Made by a program: the position numbers and the translations under genes. Below, one piece after another: positions 8,723 to 15,796 of a DNA stretch of 15,796 nt. How positions within the stretch are numbered: position 1 is the first letter of the stretch; the number at the start of each line of letters is the position of its first letter. Source of the stretch: Pseudomonadota bacterium (lineage in GTDB: Bacteria; Bdellovibrionota_B; Oligoflexia; Oligoflexales; RGVZ01); assembly GCA_041178085.1 (NCBI GenBank), contig JBEGVZ010000008.1, positions 1 to 15,796 of the forward strand, given 5' to 3'. The notes beneath the pieces were generated by a model. It saw only the letters and a program-made list of their open reading frames with translations, was not told the origin of the DNA and did no database searches.

Positions 8723-9343
8723 ATGCCCGCAAATAGACCAAGATGGTGGCTTGCCGCAGCCGTGCTCGCTGCGGGCGTGAGCATGCCGCTACAAAGTGCG
8801 TTCGCCGTCAAAGGCAAAACCTGGGAAATGTCCCTCGGACTGGCTTCCCGCCACATCGGGACCACAACCAAAAAAGAGTCTGGCGCCCCGGACAGCATGG
8901 GCTTACCCATGGGTCACCTGGGCGTCCAGTACCACGCGGCCTTCCGCAAGTGGTTCATCAGCCCGTGGTTCCGGTATGCGCCGGAGGCCATGGTGTTTGA
9001 GACGGTCCCCGGCAGCGAAGTGGCCAAATCGGCGATGACATTTGGCCTGCCACTTTTGCTGAACGCCGGAAAATCCTTCGATGTTGCTTTCGGCCCGACG
9101 CTTGAACTGTTCACGGTCCGGGGCACCGGCAGCGGCACACAGATCCTGCGCAACGGAGAATCCGAAAACGCGTTCTACCAGCCAATGAAGTCTGCAACTA
9201 CCACCTCCGTTGGCCTGCAGCTATCAACCGGTTGGCAGATCAAGGATTTCCGCACCACGTTTGACCTGCTTCTCGCGGCCCCGTTCTCCAGCAAGCGCCG
9301 CGCGACGACCCTTGCTCTGGGAGGTGCTTATGTCTGGAATTGA
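8723..9343 (+). CDS. Hypothetical exported protein, probable small outer-membrane beta-barrel
   Basis: Signal peptide ending AFA. Alternating hydrophobic/polar strands (HLGVQYH, SFDVAFGPTLELF, VGLQLSTGWQI, FRTTFDLLL) and a terminal strand LALGGAYVWN with aromatic residues. Confidence 0.65.
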   Translation: MPANRPRWWLAAAVLAAGVSMPLQSAFAVKGKTWEMSLGLASRHIGTTTKKESGAPDSMGLPMGHLGVQYHAAFRKWFISPWFRYAPEAMVFETVPGSEVAKSAMTFGLPLLLNAGKSFDVAFGPTLELFTVRGTGSGTQILRNGESENAFYQPMKSATTTSVGLQLSTGWQIKDFRTTFDLLLAAPFSSKRRATTLALGGAYVWN

Positions 9344-10136
9344 AGCCACGCGTCGCACGCATCGTATCTTGTTTAGCGTCGCGTTCTCTGCCCTCCTCGC
9401 GGTCAGCACACCGGTTTTTGCCTTCACCTTGCTTGGTGGCATCCAGGAGGTCACAGGTTGGAAAGACAAAAACATTGCATTTCACCTCGACCCGACGGGC
9501 TGCCCTCCCAATATCACGAGCCTGATCACAAAGGCCCGGGCCGTATGGAATGCAGTCCCCGACGCTGGAGTAACCCTCGATGCGGGGCCGGAAACCAGTG
9601 CAACCGTGGCTTCGATCTCTGATGGCACTGCCGGCGATATTCCGGCGATCGTCTGCGTCACCGACATGGCCGCAATCGGCCTTAACGGCAATGTCATTGC
9701 CGGCATCGCCTTCGGCCAGCGCTTTGATTCAAAGGGCGCTCTCAACTATGGCGGACTTGCCATCAACGCAGACGCCTCTACCACGGCCAACATCGCAGCC
9801 ATCGACGAAGGCACTGCCATCGCCGTCATGGCGCACGAGATCGGACACGTCCTTGGCATCGGTCACTCTACGGAGAAAAAAGCGCTGATGTACTACGATG
9901 GGTCAAAGCGGAAATCAGCGACCCTGCACCAGGATGATGTCGATGCGCTGGTTTACCTTTACCCGCGCAACGAGTTTGACGGGGATGACCTGCTGGGTGG
10001 CTGTGCAATGATAAGCAACCCGTCAGGCAAAAAAATTCAAATTGGTAGCTGGTTGCTGCTCTGGCCGATGTTTCTGTTACTCTTTCGCAGGAGCAAAACG
10101 CTAGCACTTAGAATCAGCGGACACAGACAACTTTGA
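9330..10136 (+). CDS. Matrixin-family (M10-like, metzincin) zinc metalloprotease with C-terminal membrane/sorting tail
   Basis: HEIGHVLGIGHS (HExxHxxGxxH, 9834-9866), Met-turn ALMY and LHQDD..AL..LYP. Signal peptide ...TPVFA. ATG 9330 has a GGAGGT SD. Tail is GGC...WLLLWPMFLLLFRRSK. Confidence 0.88.
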   Translation: MSGIEATRRTHRILFSVAFSALLAVSTPVFAFTLLGGIQEVTGWKDKNIAFHLDPTGCPPNITSLITKARAVWNAVPDAGVTLDAGPETSATVASISDGTAGDIPAIVCVTDMAAIGLNGNVIAGIAFGQRFDSKGALNYGGLAINADASTTANIAAIDEGTAIAVMAHEIGHVLGIGHSTEKKALMYYDGSKRKSATLHQDDVDALVYLYPRNEFDGDDLLGGCAMISNPSGKKIQIGSWLLLWPMFLLLFRRSKTLALRISGHRQL

Positions 10137-11460
10137 TCGACGAAGCACCTTTAATGACTGCCGCGGCCGAGCCCTGGGATAAATTCACGGTCCATCCACG
10201 GCTCAAATCGCTCGAATCGGAAGTTGAACTCCAGAATCCAGAGTTCATGGCCGCAGGTGAAATCCAGAAGCCATAGGCAATCGAGGCAGATCGAACCCCA
10301 TGATTGTATGCCTCGAGTAGTTCTTTCTGGGTTGGCAGCCGCCAGTCCGACAAGGAATCATGATTCAGCATTTCGCAAACGTTGACCGCTTGTGCCCAAC
10401 TTGACGAGTTGGAAACCACTTCGCTCCACTGAAGTCCCGTTATCTTGTCTGCCATACGGCAATCGTGACTCGAATTGGAACACTGGCTTGACGCAAGCTT
10501 CCAAACGTTATCATCGCCACTTACTGCCTCCACTCCGTCGCAGTGATTGTAGCTCCAGGTCGACACATAATCCGGGGGCATGGCATAGGGGGACGAGGAA
10601 CCACCGTTGTAATCATCAATCGTGTCCCACAGGTCAAAGACGCTACCGGTTGTGATGACATTATTCGGTAGTGTAGCTGCTGTGCCATCATAATTGAAAA
10701 GAGAGTCGTTGATGGCGTTACGACAATTGACCCGCAGCTTGCCAACCGTATTGCCTACCGTTACGCCTGCCCGCAAATCCCACGCATCAGGTGGCGCGGG
10801 CCTTATACCGGTCAAACCAAAGATCGTAACGCCATCGGCGATATATGCTTCGATCAAATCGGAATCCCCTGAGTTGGTGTAGAGCGTCCCATCCGGACCG
10901 AACCACTCAAAATTGGCACTGGATTTCATTTTTGCGTCAAATGTCGCCACGTCGAGGTCCGCCGTCGCAGTCGCCCCTGTCAGAGTGTATGTCGCAGAGG
11001 GGTAATCCCCGGTCAGGCCGAAAAGGAATACGCCAGACTTGATCACACCCACGCCCGGCATGTTACTGACTCCGGAGTAGTATCCCGCCCCGGGAAATGA
11101 GGTCTGCAGGTCCCACGACCCGCGATTGGTTATCGTGCCGGTCACGCCGGCAATCGTGGTTCCACTCATAACGCTGGCCGCAGAGAAATTACTCATCTTG
11201 GCAGCCTTGAAATCATTGGTCGTCACACAGCCAACCTGTCCGTCCTCGGTGCAGTTAGGCAGCGATGTGGAAGATGAGCAGTTACTTGTGGTGGTTGTCG
11301 TGGTCGTCTGGATGATGACGGGACAAAGCTTTTCAGAGGACGCAGCGTCCTCGCTACCGCCCCCTTGCCCGCCACTGCTGCACGCCAAAAAAATCGACAG
11401 GAACAGCGGCAACAGCCCAATTCCCATGGATCTTTTAATGATTTTGAAAAGCCCCACCAA
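10114..11460 (-). CDS. DUF1566 (Lcl C-terminal, C-type-lectin-like fold) domain lipoprotein
   Basis: Lipobox-like FLA|C at Cys27 followed by a Gly/Ser/Thr linker. C-terminal DKITGLQWS...WAQAVNVC...DWRLPTQKEL...FWSST...WTVNLSQG...VVCVR is the DUF1566 pattern. SD AGGAG precedes TTG 11460 and GTG 11457. The 3' end overlaps the matrixin gene by 23 nt. Confidence 0.85.
   Translation of the reverse strand: MVGLFKIIKRSMGIGLLPLFLSIFLACSSGGQGGGSEDAASSEKLCPVIIQTTTTTTTSNCSSSTSLPNCTEDGQVGCVTTNDFKAAKMSNFSAASVMSGTTIAGVTGTITNRGSWDLQTSFPGAGYYSGVSNMPGVGVIKSGVFLFGLTGDYPSATYTLTGATATADLDVATFDAKMKSSANFEWFGPDGTLYTNSGDSDLIEAYIADGVTIFGLTGIRPAPPDAWDLRAGVTVGNTVGKLRVNCRNAINDSLFNYDGTAATLPNNVITTGSVFDLWDTIDDYNGGSSSPYAMPPDYVSTWSYNHCDGVEAVSGDDNVWKLASSQCSNSSHDCRMADKITGLQWSEVVSNSSSWAQAVNVCEMLNHDSLSDWRLPTQKELLEAYNHGVRSASIAYGFWISPAAMNSGFWSSTSDSSDLSRGWTVNLSQGSAAAVIKGASSIKVVCVR
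10741..11175 (-). repeat. Four imperfect 13-residue protein-level repeats (consensus approx. xIxxGVTIxGxTG) in the DUF1566 protein
   Basis: SVMSGTTIAGVTG (aa 96-108), VIKSGVFLFGLTG (139-151), YIADGVTIFGLTG (206-218) and DLRAGVTVGNTVG (228-240). Confidence 0.75.
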
Positions 11461-11482
11461 AATCTCTCCTGATCTTGAGGAG

Positions 11483-11509
11483 GTATCGGTAGGGTCAGCG
11501 ATATCTTTA
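11483..11509 (-). promoter_or_regulatory. Sigma-28 (FliA)-type promoter of the DUF1566 gene
   Basis: Minus strand reads TAAA-gatatcgctgaccct(15 nt)-ACCGATAC against consensus TAAA-N15-GCCGATAA: perfect -35, exact spacer, 6/8 at -10. It ends 22 nt upstream of the start codon. Confidence 0.7.
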
Positions 11510-11522
11510 AAACGATTCGGAC

Positions 11523-12629
11523 CTAGTGCAGGCCCAGAATGGCCTCCAGCCGTTCATGCGGCAAAGCATGAGCCGTATTGCCATCCCGCCCGACAACGGT
11601 CTTTGCAGCCAACATGGAATTGAGGACAGCTTCCTCGGCGCAGTCCGCCGCAGCCTCGAACAAGTCGTTCATCCAGAAGTCCGAGATGCTCCGCAGGGTG
11701 AATTCAGCCTTGTCCGGATAATGGGGAATGCGGTTGGCCGTCGAAAATGCCACCGCGACATCCCCACTTCCATGGTAAGCAATGCCCCCCGTGCGACCCA
11801 CGCCCAGCATGGCGCGCTTGGCAAGACGCGACAGTTGACGCGAGTCACACGGGGCATCGGTTGCCACCACAACGGTGATCGATCCCTCTTGGATCTTGGT
11901 CGGCATCAGGTCAGGTATCAATCGTCCGACAGAATGCCCGTCGATACGCAAGTTGTGGCGGCGACCATGGTTTGAGTTGAGAATCACCCCTACCGTGTAC
12001 CCGCCCTTATCCGCAGGCAAACGCCGGGACGAAGTCCCGATCCCGCCCTTGAAGTCGTATGTCATCATGCCGGTTCCGGCACCCACGCAGCCCTCTGGCA
12101 CCGGGCCTGCACCAGCTGCCGATTCCGCGAGTGCAAGCGCCTCCCAGACGTGCCCTGGTTTGACGTGCATGCCGCGCGAATCATTCAAAGTTGAATCATC
12201 GCACTCAAGCACCATGGGGGTGGGGGTGTCGTCGGAAATTCCCAGCTGCGGGTAGCGCTCCATCATCCATTCAAGAAGCCCGACATGGGCCGTCGACACT
12301 GACAAAGTGTTGGTGAACAGAATGGGGTTTTCCAGAATTCCGGATTCCTGAACCCACATCAGGCCGGTCGCTTCACCCGTTCCGTTCAGCACAAACGACC
12401 CGGCGGCCAGTTTGCCATTCCATAAGTCACCGGCCGCCGGAATGATCGCGGTAACGCCGGTTCGGACAGGCCCCTCTCCGACCACAAGGCGCCCATCACC
12501 ACGTTCCAAGGTCACGTGACCAACGCGGACTCCAGCCACATCAGTGACTGCGTTGAACGGGCCGGTGTCGAACCCGCCAATCCTCACACCGAAGTCACGA
12601 AGCCGGCTCTTTTTAAGGTCTTGGCCCAC
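11523..12629 (-). CDS. dmpA: DmpA/BapA-family (P1/S58) aminopeptidase, self-processing Ntn-like hydrolase
   Basis: NAVTDVAGVRVGH, VRTGVTAIIP, NGTGE.TG, TNTLSV, ECDDSTLND, EGCVGAGTGM, KGGIGTSSR, EG|SITVVVATDAP (autocleavage G-S) and GSGD..AFST. GTG 12629 has a GGGAG SD. The ORF extends to 12665. Confidence 0.9.
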   Translation of the reverse strand: MGQDLKKSRLRDFGVRIGGFDTGPFNAVTDVAGVRVGHVTLERGDGRLVVGEGPVRTGVTAIIPAAGDLWNGKLAAGSFVLNGTGEATGLMWVQESGILENPILFTNTLSVSTAHVGLLEWMMERYPQLGISDDTPTPMVLECDDSTLNDSRGMHVKPGHVWEALALAESAAGAGPVPEGCVGAGTGMMTYDFKGGIGTSSRRLPADKGGYTVGVILNSNHGRRHNLRIDGHSVGRLIPDLMPTKIQEGSITVVVATDAPCDSRQLSRLAKRAMLGVGRTGGIAYHGSGDVAVAFSTANRIPHYPDKAEFTLRSISDFWMNDLFEAAADCAEEAVLNSMLAAKTVVGRDGNTAHALPHERLEAILGLH

Positions 12630-12824
12630 AGTATCTCCCGATGAAAGCCCTCTGATTCCTATCACAGACGTATTCCAGCAACCTTCCCAAAGACAAGCCG
12701 GGAAATCCCCTGCGCGTCCCCTTCTGGAGGCAAAATTTGCCCTGGACCATGGGCATTTCTTGCCCCCCTAATTTTTAATTATCAATGATTACAGATGGAT
12801 GCGCAAAAAAGACACCGCTACCCC

Positions 12825-12851
12825 TAAGCCACACGAGCCCGCTGACGATCC
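12825..12851 (+). promoter_or_regulatory. Sigma-28 (FliA)-type promoter of flagellin
   Basis: TAAG-N15-GACGATCC against TAAA-N15-GCCGATAA, with exact spacer and the CGAT core retained. It ends 50 nt before the flagellin ATG. Confidence 0.55.
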
Positions 12852-12860
12852 CCCTGATCG

Positions 12861-12898
12861 GAGTGACATGGAGTCGCTCGTCACAAGACAGGAGGTCT
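12861..12898 (+). promoter_or_regulatory. Two CsrA/RsmA-type GGA-loop hairpins in the flagellin leader
   Basis: GAGTGAC-ATGGA-GTCGCTC (7-bp stem with one G-U pair, ANGGA loop, 12861-12879) and AGAC-AGGAG-GTCT (12886-12898), which contains the SD. Confidence 0.65.
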
Positions 12899-12901
12899 GA
12901 A

Positions 12902-13822
12902 ATGGGTTTACGTATTCGTACAAATGTTTCGTCCTTGAACGCCCAGCGTCGCCTGGAGTCATCGACGGAAGCGCTGGGTCAATCAGCGTCCAAGCTCGCC
13001 TCTGGTGAGCGCATCAACCGTGCCGCCGACGACGCCGCCGGTCTGGCTATCTCCGACAACTTGCGTGCCGATGTTCGTTCCCTGGCGCAGGCACGCCGTA
13101 ACGCCAACGATGGTATCTCCCTCGTTCAGACCGCTGAAGGCGGACTGATGGAGACCACCAACATGTTGGCCCGCTTGCGCGAACTGGCCATCCAGTCCGC
13201 CAGCGACACGATCGGTGTTACCGAGCGTGGTTTCCTTGACCGCGAGTTCCGCGCCCTGAAGAGTGAAATCGACCGGATCGCGCTGTCCACCGAGTTCAAC
13301 GGCACCCGCCTGCTCGTCGGCCAGAACGAAGTCAGTGACGACCTCAGGGGTGGAAACGACTTCCCGCTGGAGATCCAGGTCAGCAAGGATTTCTATCCGA
13401 ACGCTGATGCTTCCGGCGAAAGCAACCCGGTCAACATCATCCGCATCAACCTGCAGAACCTGAACGCTACCTCTTATGGTGAAGGCGGCCTCGGGCTCGG
13501 CAAGGACGAGGACGGAACCAGAATCAACACCAAGGAATCTGCACAGACGTCAATCTCCGTGCTGGACAGCGCCATCACCCAGGTGAACGACTATCGTTCC
13601 TACCTTGGCGCAATCCAGAACCGGTTGACGACCACTGTGTCGAACCTCGGAACGCAGGTTGAGAACCTCGAGACCGCGCGCAGCCGTATCCGTGATACGG
13701 ACTTCGCAGCTGAGACCGCGAACTACACCCAGAACAAGATCCTGCAGCAGGCAGGTACCTCGGTGTTGTCGCAGGCAAATCAGCAGCCGGCAGTTGCTCT
13801 CGGCTTGATCCAGAACCTGTAA
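12902..13822 (+). CDS. fliC: Flagellin (306 aa, short variable region)
   Basis: MGLRIRTNVSSLNAQR, KLASGERINRAADDAAGLAIS, RNANDGISLVQTAEG, LGAIQNRL and ENLETARSRIRDTDFAAE. SD AGGAGG precedes ATG 12902. Confidence 0.97.
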   Translation: MGLRIRTNVSSLNAQRRLESSTEALGQSASKLASGERINRAADDAAGLAISDNLRADVRSLAQARRNANDGISLVQTAEGGLMETTNMLARLRELAIQSASDTIGVTERGFLDREFRALKSEIDRIALSTEFNGTRLLVGQNEVSDDLRGGNDFPLEIQVSKDFYPNADASGESNPVNIIRINLQNLNATSYGEGGLGLGKDEDGTRINTKESAQTSISVLDSAITQVNDYRSYLGAIQNRLTTTVSNLGTQVENLETARSRIRDTDFAAETANYTQNKILQQAGTSVLSQANQQPAVALGLIQNL

Positions 13823-13835
13823 GAAGTGTCTTAAA

Positions 13836-13905
13836 GAGGGGCCTCTGGCCTGAAGCCTGCAGTTTTGTCCGATCCAAAATTGCAGGTTTCTTGACAGGGC
13901 CCCTC
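13836..13905 (+). terminator. Long stem-loop downstream of flagellin (terminator or mRNA-stabilising hairpin)
   Basis: Inner stem GAAGCCTGCAGTTTTG (13852-13867) / CAAAATTGCAGGTTTC (13875-13890), 16 bp with two G-U pairs. Outer stem GAGGGGCC (13836-13843) / GGCCCCTC (13898-13905). No strong U-tract follows. Confidence 0.55.
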
Positions 13906-13968
13906 AGTCCATTGTTAAAGACTAGAGTTGAATGAAAAGCAGAAGCTACCGGTTTCAGGAGCTTTTTT

Positions 13969-14889
13969 GTGTCCAGAAAGTTCAAGATTGTCAGGGTGAT
14001 CGGTGTCCCGTCGGACCTGGGTGCCAACATGCGCGGAGCCAACATTGGCCCGTCCGCGGTGCGGATCGCTGGTTTACATGAAAAGATATCAGTCCTGGGC
14101 TACGGCATCGAAGACGCTGGTGACATACTTGTACCAATTCGCGAAACCCTGCCCGACCACGCTGTCAGGGAAAAATACCTTGGATCGATCACGGACGTAT
14201 GCACGGTCCTCCATATGGAGGTCGAGGCATCTCTTGACCGCGATATTCTGCCGATCGTCATCGGTGGTGACCATTCGATTGCGATGGGATCCATCAGTGG
14301 CAGCAGCGCCCATTATCGGAAAAAAAATGAACGCATTGGTCTGATCTGGGTCGACGCTCACGCCGACATGAACACACCAGCATCTTCTCCGACAGGCAAC
14401 ATCCACGGCATGCCGCTTTCCGTCTCTCTTGGAAAGGGTCTTCGGCAGCTGGTTGAACTTGGTGGCTTTGCCGGCAAATTGCAGCCCCAGAACGTTGCTT
14501 TGATTGGAATCCGCACTCTGGACCACGAGGAAAAGCGCATCTGCCGAGAAAGTGGAATCCGTTACTTCACGATGCGGGAAATCGATGAGCGGGGCATGGC
14601 CCCTGTGATGAAAGAAGCGATCGCGGTCGCGACCAACGGGACTTCAGGAATCCATGTCAGTTTCGACATCGACGCCGTGGACCCCCTTTACGCTCCAGGC
14701 GTCAGCACCCCGGTCACTGGGGGACTCAGCTACCGTGAGGCGCACCTTGCGCTTGAAATGATCGCGGATACAGGAATGCTGACGTCCATGGAATTTGTCG
14801 AATTGAATCCGATGCGCGACGTGGCTCACAAAACAGCGGAACTGCTTGTCGAGCTCGTGCAATCCGCACTGGGCAAGTCCATTGTTTGA
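13969..14889 (+). CDS. rocF: Arginase
   Basis: [65 protein letters not shown] and VELNP. GTG start with CAGGAG SD. Confidence 0.95.
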   Translation: MSRKFKIVRVIGVPSDLGANMRGANIGPSAVRIAGLHEKISVLGYGIEDAGDILVPIRETLPDHAVREKYLGSITDVCTVLHMEVEASLDRDILPIVIGGDHSIAMGSISGSSAHYRKKNERIGLIWVDAHADMNTPASSPTGNIHGMPLSVSLGKGLRQLVELGGFAGKLQPQNVALIGIRTLDHEEKRICRESGIRYFTMREIDERGMAPVMKEAIAVATNGTSGIHVSFDIDAVDPLYAPGVSTPVTGGLSYREAHLALEMIADTGMLTSMEFVELNPMRDVAHKTAELLVELVQSALGKSIV

Positions 14890-15796
14890 ACTTCTGAAAA
14901 CTGATGGCATGGCTCGTCGCGGCCGGATGCACTTGCATCACGGCGTTGTTGAAACTCCCATCTTCATGCCGGTGGGCACGGTCGGATCAGTGAAAACGCT
15001 GGTTCCCGAAGATCTTCACGCCACCGGAGCCCAGATCATACTCGGCAACACTTACCACCTGTTCCTTCGTCCGGGACTTGAAGTCATCAAGCATTTTGGC
15101 GGCCTGCACAAGTTCATCAACTGGAACAAGCCAATGCTGTCTGACAGCGGCGGCTTTCAGATTTTCAGCCTGGGGAGCCTCAACAAGCTGACGGAAGAAG
15201 GGGCAGAATTTCAAAGCCACCTGGATGGGCAACGCTTCAAGTTGACGCCAGAACTCGCTGTTGAAATCCAAGAAACTCTGGGCACCGACATCCACATGGT
15301 CCTCGACGAGTGTACGCCCTACCCTGCCACACGCGAACAAGCACAGTCCTCCATGGAACGCTCCATGCGCTGGGCTCGGCGCTGCCGTGATGCCAAATCG
15401 CGTACCGAGCTGGCACAATTTGGCATCATCCAAGGTGGCATGTACGAAGACCTGCGCCGACGCAGCATCGAGGCGCTGACAGAAATCGGCTTTGAAGGTT
15501 ACGCGATCGGCGGGCTCAGCGTCGGCGAACCAAAAGAAGACATGCACCGCATCACAGAATGGTGCACACCCTTGATGCCAGCAGACCGCCCCCGCTATTT
15601 GATGGGAGTCGGGACGCCTCTGGACTTGGTTGACGGCGTCGAACGTGGCATCGACATGTTTGACTGCGTGATGCCAACCCGCAACGGTCGCAACGGGACG
15701 TTATTCACCTCCCAGGGCAAAGTGAACATCAAGAACCTCAAGCACCGCCTCGATGACAGTCCGCTTGACCCTGCCTGCTCCTGCACCACGTGTAAA
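14882..15796 (+). CDS. tgt: tRNA-guanine(34) transglycosylase (3'-truncated at window edge)
   Basis: Not in the ORF track. Manual translation from TTG 14882: [14 protein letters not shown]...[10 protein letters not shown]...ILGNTYHL...[10 protein letters not shown]...LDEC...QGG...GGLSVGE...YLMGVG...[15 protein letters not shown]...CSCTTC (start of the Zn site). Overlaps the arginase stop by 8 nt. Confidence 0.97.
   Translation, partial: MFELLKTDGMARRGRMHLHHGVVETPIFMPVGTVGSVKTLVPEDLHATGAQIILGNTYHLFLRPGLEVIKHFGGLHKFINWNKPMLSDSGGFQIFSLGSLNKLTEEGAEFQSHLDGQRFKLTPELAVEIQETLGTDIHMVLDECTPYPATREQAQSSMERSMRWARRCRDAKSRTELAQFGIIQGGMYEDLRRRSIEALTEIGFEGYAIGGLSVGEPKEDMHRITEWCTPLMPADRPRYLMGVGTPLDLVDGVERGIDMFDCVMPTRNGRNGTLFTSQGKVNIKNLKHRLDDSPLDPACSCTTCK

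Noticed and set aside
1665..8741. Long antisense or alternate-frame ORFs over the catabolic operon (e.g. 2862..3611, 3903..4523, 4517..5158, 8046..8741)
   Set aside because: These are typical shadows of GC-rich genes that already have strong family motifs on the plus strand.
10114..10455. DUF1566 C-terminus as a diversity-generating retroelement variable region
   Set aside because: I found no reverse transcriptase, accessory gene or near-identical template repeat in the window. A remote DGR cannot be excluded, but nothing here supports one.
10114..11460. Recent horizontal acquisition of the DUF1566 gene
   Set aside because: Hand counts of two 60-nt lines gave 30/60 and 31/60 GC against 40/60 for one operon line. 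That sample is too small and amino-acid composition could explain it. No flanking repeats or mobility genes were seen.
12785..12901. N-terminal extension of flagellin as in the ORF track (likewise ALDH from 5662 and matrixin from 9210)
   Set aside because: Downstream starts have good SD sequences and family-typical N-termini. The extensions overlap promoters or upstream genes.
14987..15789. ORFs 14987..15547, 15261..15479 and 15595..15789
   Set aside because: They are shadows of tgt, which the track omitted because its stop lies outside the window.

Overview
Gene-dense bacterial chromosomal window. Flagellin style and the DUF1566 lipoprotein architecture suggest Bdellovibrionota, possibly Oligoflexia (inference). 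From left to right it contains: a secreted protein that is probably an M28-type peptidase (truncated at the left edge and absent from the ORF track) and a stand-alone secreted C39-like peptidase, both on the minus strand; a six-gene catabolic operon (class III aminotransferase, 3-oxoacid CoA-transferase A and B, thiolase, P5C-dehydrogenase-like ALDH, second class III omega-aminotransferase); a putative outer-membrane beta-barrel gene overlapping a matrixin gene with a GGC-TM-basic C-terminal tail; a DUF1566 lipoprotein with fibre-like repeats and its own sigma-28-type promoter; a DmpA/BapA aminopeptidase; a flagellin with a sigma-28-type promoter and two CsrA-type GGA hairpins; arginase; and tgt (truncated at the right edge, also absent from the ORF track). 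The most interesting hypothesis is that the six-gene operon supplies every step of a beta-lysine -> 3-aminoadipate -> 3-oxoadipate -> succinyl-CoA + acetyl-CoA route. This is inferred from enzyme families only and competes with an ornithine/P5C plus acetoacetate reading. I saw no CRISPR array, tRNA/rRNA gene or mobile element.
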